A DNA stretch of 63,071 nucleotides, counting the filler, from Lenisia limosa (lineage: Eukaryota; Protista; Breviatea), in assembly GCA_001655205.1 (NCBI GenBank). It is 13 parts of 13 records of this genome, joined end to end, with 100 filler letters (N's around TTAATTAATTAA, not from the genome) between each part and the next. Parts side by side here need not be neighbours in the genome. Positions count along the whole stretch, not along the records: positions 32,559 to 35,692 come from LPNZ01010671.1; positions 35,793 to 37,405 come from LPNZ01011263.1; positions 37,506 to 40,620 come from LPNZ01002429.1; positions 40,721 to 44,390 come from LPNZ01003060.1; positions 44,491 to 52,042 come from LPNZ01009093.1; 8 more parts are not named here. One strand, written 5' to 3'. Positions 32,559 to 45,229 of the stretch are shown here, one piece after another (position 1 is the first letter of the stretch; each line of letters starts with the position of its first letter). The notes under the pieces are model-generated. The model worked only from the letters and a program-made list of their open reading frames with translations. It did not search any database and was not told the origin of the DNA. Both the position numbers and the translations under genes were made by a program.

Positions 32559-34762
32559 TTGCCGTTGAGATTTAACGACTCAAGTAAGCCTAGCCACTCG
32601 CTGCTGCCCTCAGGAAGGGCCTCAATACGGTTGCCGGCAAGGTTTAGATCCTCGAGGGACAGCGACAGATATGTTGGGATTGACTCCTACAGGGGTAAAT
32701 TGAATTTGTGATCTTTGAGGGAGACAGAGGGAGGGAGAATTACTTGGTTAAGCGCTAGAGCTTTACCTACGGTTCAAAAGACCATGTCTTTTGTACCATT
32801 GCAAACCAATTCGTTGAATGCCAGGTTGATGAACCGCATGATGGGGAGGGAATCGGCTGGGGGGGCAGGCGGGAGGTCCAGAACCTTCTTTTGAATGTGT
32901 TCGTGGTCCGCTTCATGCCGGATCTGGGTCCCTCCTGTGCCTTCCTGGAATATTGAGGGGAGTGGTTGGGAGTATTATGATAAGAGTGTCCCTACGGTCC
33001 CAAAAAAAGACGGAATTTCTCGATAAATCCTCGATAAATATCGATATGTATACGGTCTTTTTCGGACCGCAGGGAAGCCCTAGTTATGATTGACTGAATT
33101 TTATAGAGCAAAAAGAACCGACACTTTACTCTTTTGACTTGGCATTGCGATCCAAATGCACCACACCTAGGGCTTCTCTTCGGTTCGGCAAAGTCCAGAA
33201 AATAGCAAAAGTTTTCGAGGATTTATCGAGAAATACAGTCTTTTTTCGAACCGAACTGAAGCCCTAACCCTACCTGTATAGTGTTCCGGACGACGCACAG
33301 CCACTTTTCCCAGTCATCTCCCGTCCAATCGGCATCGTCGCCTGCNNNNNNNNNNNNNNNNNNNNNNNNNNNNNNNNNNNNNNNNNNNNNNNNNNNNNNN
33401 NNNNNNNNNNNNNNNNNNNNNNNNNNNNNNNNNNNNNNNNNNNNNNNNNNNNNNNNNNNNNNNNNNNNNNNNNNNNNNNNNNNNNNNNNNNNNNNNNNNN
33501 NNNNNNAGGTTGGAGGGGTGGTGGTGAGTGGTAAGGGTGAATAAGGGGATAAAGTATCTCATATACATGTATACATGTACTATATATCAAAAAAGCATGT
33601 CATCAAAGTGAGTCATTCCCTTACACCATCCATTCACATATCTCATCACTACCCCCCCCCCCCCNNNNNNNNNNNNNNNNNNNNNNNNNNNNNNNNNNNN
33701 ACCGTCAACAATATAACAAATGGAGAAAATGTGATAATGAGTAAAAATAATACTATTTCATACTATCTTGTTGAAGGTCCGACTGGGAGAAGACAGGCCG
33801 AAAGACTGTGTCTGTATCTTTGTTGAGCGGGTGGTGGTGGTATAAAACACTAATCTAACATGTCAGATGTGAATTGAGAATAATCCGCAAAGAAACGTCC
33901 ACCCCAGCCCATTCATCTCATTTTTGAAACCACGTAATGATAAAAGAATGACAGAAGACGAAATATTAAGAGCTACTTGAATAACCAATATCGATAACTG
34001 GGGGAGAAGACAAACTTTATTATGGTGGGCACTCAACACTTTAAGGACGGGGAAGGCTAGCGAAAGCTCAGTTAACTCATTATGGCTAACATACAGCTCT
34101 TCAAGATTGGGGAGGTCATATAGCTCTCTGATAGGGGGGGGGGGTAAAATTGGACAANNNNNNNNNNNNNNNNNNNNNNNNNNNNNNNNNNNNNNNNNNN
34201 NNNNNNNNNNNNNNNNNNNNNNNNNNNNNNNTTTTGAAAACAAACAGAAAAAACTCACAATCTAATCCGTTCGCTTCACACCGAGAAGAAGAGAGTGTTA
34301 AGAAATAACAAAACATTATTTTAAAAAATTACAATCTTTGTAAAGATGAGAAGTTTTGACCAAAATAAAAATCTAGGTTCCCCCTTCTACCTCACCCCAA
34401 GAAACAGTTTTCTTCCATCTCATGAAAAGAATAATAAAAAACTTATTTTCGCCCCCTCTCCCCGACATACGGCGGGAGGGTGGAAATTCGATTGTTTTGG
34501 AGGCTCAGGGTCACAAGGTTCGAGAGGTTTCCAAATGAACGGGGAATGAAGGTCTGGAATATCACTCATCNNNNNNNNNNNNNNNNNNNNNNNNNNNNNN
34601 NNNNNNNNNNNNNNNNNNNNNNNNNNNNNNNNNNNNNNNNNNNNNNNNNNNNNNNNNNNNNNNNNNNNNNNNNNNNNNNCTATTGAAGTCCGCGAGAAGC
34701 TCTTGCAAAAAGGGCAACTTGCCGAGTTCGTCAGGGAGTCGTGGTAGCAAATTCTTGCACAA
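32559..34762 (-). CDS. Leucine-rich-repeat protein (partial)
   Basis: LPRLPDELGKLPFLQELLADFN and LYDLPNLEELYVSHNELTELSLAFPVLKVLSAHHN LRR motifs; downstream non-LRR exons assigned by strand and order. Confidence 0.7.
32981..33082. mobile_element. MITE family 1, subfamily b (TIR ...CCCT(A/G)CGGTCC...)
   Basis: gtgtccctacggtcccaaaaaaag ... ttttcggaccgcagggaagcccta; the same left end recurs at 46346. Confidence 0.75.
33168..33266. mobile_element. MITE family 1 copy, intronic
   Basis: tagggcttctcttcggttcg ... cgaaccgaactgaagcccta, with TA at both ends. Confidence 0.85.
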
Positions 34763-35425
34763 GTTCTAATATTATAAAAGGTTAGTCATGCCTTTTTGAA
34801 TGACGCAGTTTTATTGGAACCACCTTTGTAGAACAAAAAGTGTTCACCAAATAAATACTAGGAGCGAACGTGAGAGGGAGTATATGACCAAATCCATCCA
34901 CCTTGGTGTATTAAGTCACCAATCATTTGTTTTACACCTATGAAAATGAAAAGATATATAATACAAAATAGTAGTCAGTGGCTGCCAATTTTTTTTAAAA
35001 AAAAGCCTTGGAAATATAATTCAGGCATACTATTTAAAATAATCACCCGATGTGTACTACATCTCAGTTGTCGAGAATCTGATACTCTTCTCTATGTTTG
35101 TAGATTCAACGGAGTAGGCTGAAACACCAAAAATAAGAAATGGAAATCAACAGAACAAAAAATAAATGAGTAAGATGAAAAAAGAAGAGGGCAGGCAACA
35201 AGTGCGTGAATTTTGAAAATTTCGAAACCAACCTTGAAGCGCTTTTCTGAATATGTTTTATTAACATCCCTTGGCGGTCTTATCACCACTCAAAAGAGAA
35301 GCTGTTGGTTGGCCACCGAACCAAAGAAAAAAAGAAATGGAAATCAACAGAACAATAAAAAAGAAAACAAAGAAAAGAAAAATAAAACATAAAGGAAAAG
35401 ATAAAAATTGGGGAAACAGAAAAAA

Positions 35426-35497
35426 CGAGCACGGCAGGGATCGAACCTGCAGTCTCTTGATCCGTAGTCAAGCGCCTTTCCATTTGGCCACGCACCC
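35426..35497 (-). tRNA. tRNA-Arg(ACG)
   Basis: GGGTGCG TG GCCAAATGGAAAGGC G CTTGA-CTACGGA-TCAAG AGACT GCAGG-TTCGATC-CCTGC CGTGCTC G; cloverleaf with T-run terminator immediately downstream. Confidence 0.96.
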
Positions 35498-35635
35498 GCT
35501 TAGGAAAGAATGAACAATTTTCGATGCCGATCCGAATTTTTGGAAAAAAAGTTATCTTTTACCTCGATGTCTCCCTCTCTGTCTCCGGAGCGCCTTAACT
35601 CGGCCCCCGGTAGTCGCCCACACACTTAGCAAACT

Positions 35636-35692
35636 ATGGACCCCGTCATCACCTTCCGCGGCCATGTCTGCCCTTCCCTCCGAGAGTACCTG
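35636..35692 (+). CDS. Probable first exon of an unidentified gene (cut at scaffold end)
   Basis: ATG MDPVITFRGHVCPSLREYL in a GC-richer context. Confidence 0.3.
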
Positions 35693-35894
35693 NNNNNNNN
35701 NNNNNNNNNNNNNNNNNNNNNNNNNNNNNNNNNNNNTTAATTAATTAANNNNNNNNNNNNNNNNNNNNNNNNNNNNNNNNNNNNNNNNNNNNACAACAGA
35801 ATCAGTTCTGTCAGCTTAACATTTCCCCTGCACGTCACATAGTAAACCATTGCACATCTCAAAGTAAAACATTGCACGTTGGTAAATCCCGCGT

Positions 35895-37291
35895 ACACGT
35901 CCCATGCAGTGGAGGGCGCCGTTGTACTGTACACCGGAAGCAGTCATTTGCTGGAGGCGAGTCTTAGCCATATCGAAGGGCATGGAGCAGGTGGTGGCGA
36001 AGAAAGCTGGGGAGGGGGGTAAAACGAAGGAAATTTATGAAATGAATTAACAAAGCTGAAACAAAGTGTTTTTTTTTCAGTAAAGTCTCTATTGAAACCA
36101 GAATCATGAAAGATCTGGCGGTTGGACAATACAGAAATGCGTCTGAAATGGAACTCACTTCAAAATGCAAAATTAACGTCTCGATTAACAACACAAAGAA
36201 CAAAGAACAAGGATAGAGAAACGGAAGTGAAGCCCTACAAAGAACAAAGCACTACCCCCCTCCCCCCAGGAAAGTCCAGACATACCGGAAATAAGAGAGG
36301 CGGAAAGATGGAGGGGTGTGCCTTCCTCGAAGACCTTAGCCCTAAAACGTAAAATACTNNNNNNNNNNNNNNNNNNNNNNNNNNNNNNNNNNNNNNNNNN
36401 NNNNNNNNNNNNNNNNNNNNNNNNNNNNNNNNNNNAACATTTAAATAAACAACACAGAATCAACTCTGTGGGCAAAACACACAACAATCGAGAAACACAC
36501 GAATGGAATCCCAAATGTACAACAATTTCCGCTCAAAAACAAACTAACAAAAAAGGGCCAAATATGTGCATGTCATTTGTACAAACAAAAGCTTCCACAC
36601 GGTCCGAAAAAGACCATAGATATTTTAGCGGGAAATCAGGTCTTATTTGGCACTGTAGCGAAGCCCTCCATGAATTCCCCTCCCCTACTGGAAAAGCATC
36701 TGCTTGGCCTGAGAGTAAGTGGCCAACTGTGCAGCATTGAGGATCATAGCACGTTGAATCTGGGGGGTGGTCAAATATGATAAAATAATATAATAATACA
36801 TCACATTTTTGGGTGAGCTGAAGAAAGAGGAGGTTGATCCGCATGTAGATAAATATCATATGCAAAAGGCTTCACTTCGATTCGAAAAAGATCGGTGAAA
36901 TATCGATAGAAATTCAGTCTATTTTTGAACCGAAGTGAAGCCGTAATCATATCCCAAAAACCAACAGTGGGGATGACACCTCTCCAGAGGGTAGTAACGC
37001 CCTCGGTCTTGGAGATTCTGCGGATGGCATCGAAAACGTTCTTGTAGTTGCGGCGTTGATCAATGGGCAGACGACCGTCAGCGGTCATGCGGATGAGGCA
37101 GACTTCTGGGGAGGGAATAAAACGAAATTTCGATGAAGATTGTTGGCTTCTGTGACTGGAGAAGGAAATTTGCTTTAAAAATGGCTAAAATATAAGGGGG
37201 AATTATCAGCAGGATTATCCCCCCCTCCCCCCATACCGGCAGGGTTGCCGAAGCAAGCACCAAAGGCACCAGCAAACATTCCGATTCCGGC
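35895..37291 (-). CDS. SLC25A11: Mitochondrial 2-oxoglutarate/malate carrier (SLC25A11-like), internal exons
   Basis: AGAFGACFGNPA|EVCLIRMTADGRLPIDQRRNYKNVFDAIRRISKTEGVTTLWRGVIPT|IQRAMILNAAQLATYSQAKQML|...LHLSASLISG|FFATTCSMPFDMAKTRLQQM. Confidence 0.92.
36866..36945. mobile_element. MITE family 1 copy inside a carrier-gene intron
   Basis: aaggcttcacttcgattcgaaaaag ... tttttgaaccgaagtgaagccgta. Confidence 0.8.
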
Positions 37292-39298
37292 CTGGGGAGT
37301 AAGATGGGGGAGGGGGGGAGTAAAATTGGAAAATTTATGAAACAAAAAAGCCCAAATCAAATCTGTTGGCTGATAAATTGGAAAATTTTATGCAACAATA
37401 CGTATNNNNNNNNNNNNNNNNNNNNNNNNNNNNNNNNNNNNNNNNNNNNTTAATTAATTAANNNNNNNNNNNNNNNNNNNNNNNNNNNNNNNNNNNNNNN
37501 NNNNNGGGGGGGGGTTCAATCTTACTTAAACGAAATCAATAAACTACAACACAATTGTAGATGATATGAGGTGAAATATCACTGCATGATTGCCTCAAAA
37601 AGGAAAATACAATAAGGTTTTGAAGAAAAGGAAAGGATGAATCAGCATTTGTCTATTATTTCACCAAAACCTTTGTTCAATAACAATCAATTGCAGGAAA
37701 TATGGGCATGTACTGAACAAACAAATCCCAGTAATCCTGGTATTTCTTGTGCAATGAAAAAGTTAAAATATCTTGCGGTCCAAAAAAAGAAGAACACTGG
37801 CTTTTATAATCAGAAAGTATGCCATCAAAAGGATTACCCGCCAACCTAAAAAAAACGGTCCAAAGAAAAAATGGTGAATTTACCTCCAATATTGCCTTCT
37901 AAAATGGTAAGAATATTAAAAAAAGAGGGGATATGTCGAAAGGTGGCTAAAATAACTTTTCACCGAAATATATACTTGAATGAAGGCAAATGGCGAAAGA
38001 AGAAGAATTGATACCACCTTAAAACAGGATGTTGTCTAAACTAGCCGGTAAAAGTGGAGTTGGCCCGTGATTCATGTTTTATCTATATAGTATATAGTAT
38101 ATTATGCATAAATATTTTAACCAAATAGCTTTTGCATTTAATCACTGTTTAGAATTCCCCAATTACTCAAGTCTCTCCGGTGCTTCAACAACAGCTGTTG
38201 CCTAGCAAGCAAAGAAAGCCAAGTCAGAAGTAGTGGATGAGGCCAAAATTTGGTAGGCAGCATTTTTGACTAACTGTTCAATGTGTTTTTTTCATTTAGC
38301 ACCACTTTGCAAACCTTCATCACTAGCCGTTTGCCTACCCAAAGCAGGGCGAGCTGTAGTGTCAAGTGGGTATTATGATCGAAAAACAAGTCATGTAACG
38401 ATCGGTTTGCTTAGTTCCAACCCTCCTTCCTCCCAATTTTGAAAAAATATGTTGCATAAAAGCGTACCGAGGTGACACTGCCCCATAAGTTCAGCCAAAA
38501 CTCCAATTCGCAAAAAAAAGTACATAGTTTTGCAAGGGGTGAACTCCCCAGGATTTGTACTCCGTCATGATTTCATGGAAGGCGAAGTGTGACAATTGTT
38601 TCATAGAGATACTGGGATTTTTGACTCCCCAGGATTTTTTTTTTTGTACAACCAGTCACACAGTTATTACGTTAGTTATTAATTGTCTATTGCGACGGGC
38701 CACAGTTCCTGTTCGGGATGACTGGTTTTCGCAGTTTTGGCTGTATTCAGAGCCCAATTTCTTTTTTTGATATTCAATTTGACGGTGACAGGTTCGAGTC
38801 CCAACTTCATCATATTTTTATTTTTCTACCAACAAAAATTTGTCCTCTTAATATTAGAATATTCGAGGATTGGTTGAGAGGTGAGAAGATCCGAGTGTCA
38901 TCTTTTAAAAATCTAGTTTAAGAACTCTGAGCTTTTATGATTATTTACAATGTTTTATGATGATCCCAAGTGCTCATATACGAAGAGGGCTTTTGTGAAG
39001 CAGTACTTAATCTGTTAAATTTTGCATATTTAGAAATATTGTTTATGTTTTGCGGTATTTAGAGAAAAGAAACCTGGTAAATTTAAGTTCTCACGAGAGT
39101 TGTCGTGAAAAATCATCAATTCACGGTAAAAAATAGCTGCCTCGGATTCCCATTTCCGAAATTACTTTCTCTCCATGGGATTGGGAGAACGGGTGAACCT
39201 TGCGTGAACCAAGGTAAACCACCACCTTTCCTCAAGTGTCACCTAATGAGACAAAGATCGAAAAAAGAACAAAGTACAGATTAAATAATATGTCATAA

Positions 39299-39925
39299 TC
39301 AAGAGAGGGAATCAATCATTCGAGAGAGCAGTTCAGTAAGGTGAAAAGACAAGTCTATATCGTATTTTCCTTGACATTTTCTCAAAAAGTTAACCATTTC
39401 AACACAATCATTCAATATAACGAATAACACACTAACTGAAGTTATACCTTGAAGATTTCCAAGTTGAAAAGGATCACAATTACAAAGTTGAATAATCTCA
39501 TAGACAAGCGAAAATGAATGATGTGCTTCCCAGTTTTCTAACATTCTGAGCTTTAGTGGAAGAGACTCCATTTCTGTTTCATTATGAATCCAAACCAAAG
39601 GCTTCTGGTACTTTTGGTACAGTCCAATTAAAAAACAACACTTATTGTTTTCTCCTTTGTTTGCTTATTTGTTAAAAGAAACAACAAACCCTGAAAATAA
39701 GGTGAAGCAGGGGGGAATCCTCTAAAATCATATAAAAACTGAGGTCTTGTCAGAGTCGGAAAAAAACTTTGATTGTACATTTTTCACAACAAGTTGCAGT
39801 TCTTCCCTTCCAAGAACAGAAAGCTCAAAATTACAAAATCTATTTAAAGCTGCAATCCTGCTTAAATCTCTGGTAAGGGAGTAAAGACCTTCACTACTCA
39901 TCTTTCTCAAACACTCAATGACCAA
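39299..39925 (-). CDS. Uncharacterised two-exon coding stretch
   Basis: ORFs 39728-39925 and 39299-39598 on the same strand, joinable by an intron ending CAG near 39608. Confidence 0.4.
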
Positions 39926-40720
39926 TGCTGGACCAATGACATTGAACTTTGAACTTCCCGGGGCGCCCTGGGTCTCATTTTATGAGACCCAGGGCAGCTT
40001 TTCAAAGCCATTTTGTAGAGATTGGCTCATTCAAGCGGCAGTAAGACATTCCGTTTGTCATTGATAAAAAGTAAGAAAAGAAGAGCTTAAGGGACGGTAT
40101 TGTGGATACTAGTGGCTCTTTCAAAAGCCGAGATCGGTGCAAGGTTTACGTCCCTTCCCGCCCCTTTGCTTATAATAATAATAGGTTTCGTTGAAAAAGT
40201 TGTATTTCACTAATATTCTGTGCTGGTTCTGGTATAATGATCATTATTCAAGCCATTTACATCCTTCATAACAAGTCAGATGCCCAAAGATGGTGAAATG
40301 AAGGACACTAATGAGTTGGAATGTGAACCAGAGCTTCATTTCACAGTTGGTTGTGTAATTATGCTTATTAGTGTTTTTACACTATTTGAAAAATCGTTCT
40401 TCTCTGATCTTGCCCCTCTTCCTTGGCAGTCTTTTAGAAATAGTAAAAGGGAAGACTTTTTTGCAAGTATCGAGAAAATTCCCAAATAGGCCATTAAACT
40501 TAACCCCTCTTAAATGAACACTTAGTTTTAGAAGAATCTGAAGGCAACAGAAACCGGATGAGCAAGCTTGTGCAGTTCAAGGTCCCTGCCACAGAAGGCA
40601 CAGTCGCAGCGTCTACAGCCNNNNNNNNNNNNNNNNNNNNNNNNNNNNNNNNNNNNNNNNNNNNTTAATTAATTAANNNNNNNNNNNNNNNNNNNNNNNN
40701 NNNNNNNNNNNNNNNNNNNN

Positions 40721-41459
40721 CAAGCTCGAGGCCTATCCCGACCTTCACATCCAGGTGGGTCTTTTGTGAGAAAATGTTGAAATTGGGCTTTAATGATTTA
40801 TATACAGCTTCTTTAGTGTGTTGGCATTTAGGAACATACAAGGGATGAAAACAACAAAGTCCTAATCCTGCACATGGTCTCCATTACATCAAATGGGAAT
40901 TAGAGACTCCCCAGAAAGAGAAAGAGGGGAGAAGTGTTGCATTTGGGCTATGATCCTCATATTAATGTTGATATACAGGGGGAGGGGGGTACGATTGTGA
41001 TTTTGATAACAGGGTCTATTATTAGAGTTGAGTATTGAGCTTCATGTCATCACTCCGAGCCATACAGTCACGGAATTTCTCGATAAATAATCGATATATA
41101 TTTCGATAATCAATCGACCTTTTTCGTACCAGAGTACATCTTTAGGTAATCATCTTCTCACACTGCAGGTGTTTGTTGAGGACATGATGAAGAAGCTCAA
41201 GAGAAGAGCCGAAAGAGACAGCAAGAAGAAGAGATCCAGCCGATCTAGATCCCCTGAAAAACGCAAGTCTCGTAGCCCTGAGCGGTCTGAGAGGAGAAAA
41301 CGGAGCCGTTCCCGCTCTGTTGATAGATCTGAAAGGTCAGAGAGATCGGAAAGGTCAGAACGGTCAGAAAGATCTGAAAGAAGCGATCGTGACCGTGATT
41401 ACAGAGATAGAAGTGACCGTGACCGTGATTACCATCATTCGAAGAGGTCTCGGAGATAA
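40721..41459 (+). CDS. 3' end of an Arg/Ser-rich (RS-domain) protein, probably splicing-related
   Basis: VFVEDMMKKLKRRAERDSKKKRSSRSRSPEKRKSRSPERSERR...(SER)n..DRDRDYHHSKRSRR*. Confidence 0.75.
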
Positions 41460-44400
41460 GTGTAAATTGTTTGAGAATGCATTGAAAATGCTCCATCTGG
41501 TCTCCCGTTATTTTCGCTTAATTCTGATGTTCAACATTTTTTAATGTGAGTGAACCACTTTAATAATCCTCATTTTGGGCAAAGGGGCTTGACATTTTAT
41601 TGCTTCCACTGTTCAATGCCTCCAGCTCCAGCTGGATTAATACCATCCAACTAACCATGTCGTAAATATGTGCTTTTAAATGCTCGGGGATAATATGAGG
41701 TTTCAGCGGGTATTTTCTCTTCTTCCTCCCTTTTATTAATAAACAAGTTCAATCATTTACTCTACCGAAGCTCTAATGTAGTTCCCTGTTGTTGGCAGAC
41801 ACTTACTTAAAAGGGTACCACCCTGTGTTGTTACTTTTTCTTCATTCGGTTTTCCGCTTCGCATCCATTTGTTTAGTATTGATTACTCAAGAAAATAATA
41901 GCTATAACTGAGCTATTAGAAAAGAGTAATTATTGTTTATACACGTTTGTCATCACCCCCCCCCCCTCCCCNNNNNNNNNNNNNNNNNNNNNNNNNNNNN
42001 NNNNNNNNNNNNNNNNNNNNNNNNNNNNNNNNNNNNNNNNNNNNNNNNNNNNNNNNNNNNNNNNNNNNNNNNNNNNNNNNNNNNNNNNNNNNNNNNNNNN
42101 NNNNNNNNNNNNNNNNNNNNNNNNNNNNNNNNNNAGCCTCCACAATGACTTCCTTGTTGAGGGGGTTACTTGGACATCCAAATGCTAATAACTCCTCAGA
42201 AGATACCAATGGTAAGATGAGACCTATAATCAAAATCATCTCATACATTCATGACATCCTGACACTAATAATTATCAATTTTAGAAATTAGCCAAACCGC
42301 AAACCTGTGGAGAGACGATGTAAACAAACATCAAGTAGGGCAAAACTTGAAACATAGAGAAATTTATTGATACACCGTATTCTCTATTTTTCTTCCCTTG
42401 GAAGATCGGCGTAAGGTTATATAATAAAATTTCATTGTCATAAATTGACAAGTCAATCAGTGTATCGACATCATTGTCAAAGATTGAAGGGATCATACAA
42501 TGTGATTGAAATATATGTCACACCGCGGTGGGTATTTCTATTTAATCTGCTTTTTTTTTTACTTTTCAGTGTTATTGAGGAATCAACCACCGTGAAACAG
42601 TTTACAAAGGAAGCGAACCGGCAATTCTCAGGGAAATATAACAGGTTTTTGGAGTGGTAGAAAAGTGCAGAGTTATGATTTGATTCGCGCAAAAACTCTT
42701 GAATATGGTATATCGTTTACATCCAAGTCCTAATTTTATGCTGGATTTTTACATTTTTAGTCAACATACGTCACCAGATTGAAGCATTGCTTGACAAATC
42801 AAGGTAACTTGGGCATACTCTACACGTAAATATTCGCAAGTATAATTTCCATTCGTATCGTTTTCACTATATTCTCTTAGTTCAAGAGAACAACGACATG
42901 GTGCACTATTCAATTTGGCTTTCCAATGGCTTTGTCCAGCAATTTGAAGTCTGCAAATCTCAGTTTCATCAGTTCAAACACTTGGCAGATTGCGACTACC
43001 TTAATATATTCTGCTTTCTTTTCACTTATAACCCAATTTACCAGAGTAATATACTGCGACCGGGAGAAGTCTTGAACGATTATCTCCGGAAATCACATTA
43101 CAAATCGGTCAAGACTTACCACGGTCACTGTATTCCAAGTGTTATAAACCCTCTGAAGATTCACCCTGGTCAGAACAACGTCTTTGCTATTAGTTGGGCT
43201 TCACTACGGTCACAAAAGGACCAGTAAAACATCAAAAGCTAACGAGAAGATATTGGTCAGTTTGTCACCGAAGTCAGTTGTAAACCTTTTACATCCTTTT
43301 GGTCCTAGAGTATAATCAAACTGCACATTGCTTTTAGCAAAACAAACCCGATCTTTTGGCTTAAACATGCGCACAGCTCTGAAGTACATAATACAAAAAT
43401 AAAACACGTAATATTACCATGGCTGACATTCCTCAAAAAGTGAAACGGAAGAACCTCACTATGAATGTCAAATTCCATAATTGAGAATTCAGAAAACTTT
43501 CATTTAATTTTCGGCCAGATACAACCCTGTTCTTCATTTCTCATTGCCATATATACTGGGGTTTTGCTGGGTGAAAGGTCAATAGGGTGGTGCATCATTA
43601 CGATATATGATTGGTGGTTTGTGACAAAATAATCAAATGAATAAGTTGAATGTGGTGAATATGTTGGATGCGTGGGGAAACTCCCAGTTCAAATTAAACA
43701 CATACGTTATGATTCAACAGAAGGGGGCATGTCAAGGTCCCACAGAAGGGCGATTGGCTCAAAGTTGACCTCATAAGGGTCGTTGGAATCTAAACTCGTC
43801 ACTTACATTGTAATTTGGGTTCCGCGCAGTTGAGTATGAATTGGTTTTCATGTCTCAATTAGTTTACATTTCAAATTGTATCAATTGGTGACTAATCTAA
43901 AGTAATACCGAAGCTTTTCACACCATTATGCACAGAGTTATAAGGGAGGATTCAGTGAAAAAGTCCGATCTTGCTTTTAAGCGTGATGGCACAGAAGTTT
44001 TCTGCCAGACACTAACTATTTTTATTTCTTATCTCTATTATCGATGCTAATTAACCAAATCATTTTCTCAGAGTTGCGCAACATGTACACAAAACCCCTG
44101 CATCAAAGCTCAAGTACACCCATCCGTCTTGGTGCCCGGATTCAAGAGGTGCCAGAAGATTAAATTGCTGTAATCAAAGACGCTATGTACATATATATAA
44201 TTACACATATATTATATGTATATACTATGTATAATTATGTAAGAAGAGCTATTTTAATCCCAAGTAAGCGTACTAGGTAAGTTGGTATAGGCACTTGGGT
44301 TGGCTTTTTTGCGCCGAATCTTCATCTTGCCGGATAGCGTGCCAAAAGCGGAATCTATTTGAACGCCCGCGCCCAACTTGATGTTGCCAANNNNNNNNNN

Positions 44401-45229
44401 NNNNNNNNNNNNNNNNNNNNNNNNNNNNNNNNNNTTAATTAATTAANNNNNNNNNNNNNNNNNNNNNNNNNNNNNNNNNNNNNNNNNNNNGTTGGCAAGC
44501 AGTAGCACACGAGGGTTAAAAATCACAAAACAAACAAAGCCGAGGCCAGTCGCTTCTGCAGTACGTCCCATCAAGCGTGCTGCCAATCGAAAGCAACAAA
44601 GGAGAAAACTGTATTTGTATTGACCGTTTTGAGAAAATTCCATAAAATGATCATTTTGTGCATAAATCATTATATTATAATATCATATCATATACTGTAT
44701 ATACACTATAGTATACATATATCATATCATATACTGTATATACACTATAGTATACATATATCATATCATATCATATGTAGTATATTGTATATTATGTATG
44801 ATATTGTCTGTTTGAAAAGCCAGGAACCCCCCCTCAATATTCCAAAAACAATTTATTCATCCATCCTTCTACCATCCCTGGACTTTAGAACCCCCCCCCC
44901 CCTANNNNNNNNNNNNNNNNNNNNNNNNNNNNNNNNNNNNNNNNNNNNNNNNNNNNNNNNNNNNNNNNNNNNNNNNNNNNNTTTATCAATACATTCAGTT
45001 GTTTTTCAAACCGAAGTGAAGCCCGAACAATATTACTCCCCTAATAAAATAATCCCTACCCAAGAGAAGGGATCGTGAGAAGTCCGAGGTATCGTCCCCA
45101 AGCAAGGCAGTTAAGAAGAGCTAGAACGTTTAAGTAAAAAAATGGACAAGGGAGTTAAAAAGAGCTAAAATGGACAAGGGAGTTAAAAAGAGAAAAAAGA
45201 GACAAGGTTAAAAGAGAAAAAGCATACCG

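Noticed and set aside
37245-37260. GTGCTTGCTTCGGCA resembling the 5' end of U6 snRNA (minus strand)
   Set aside because: It lies inside the carrier coding exon (GACFGN) and no ACAGAGA box follows.
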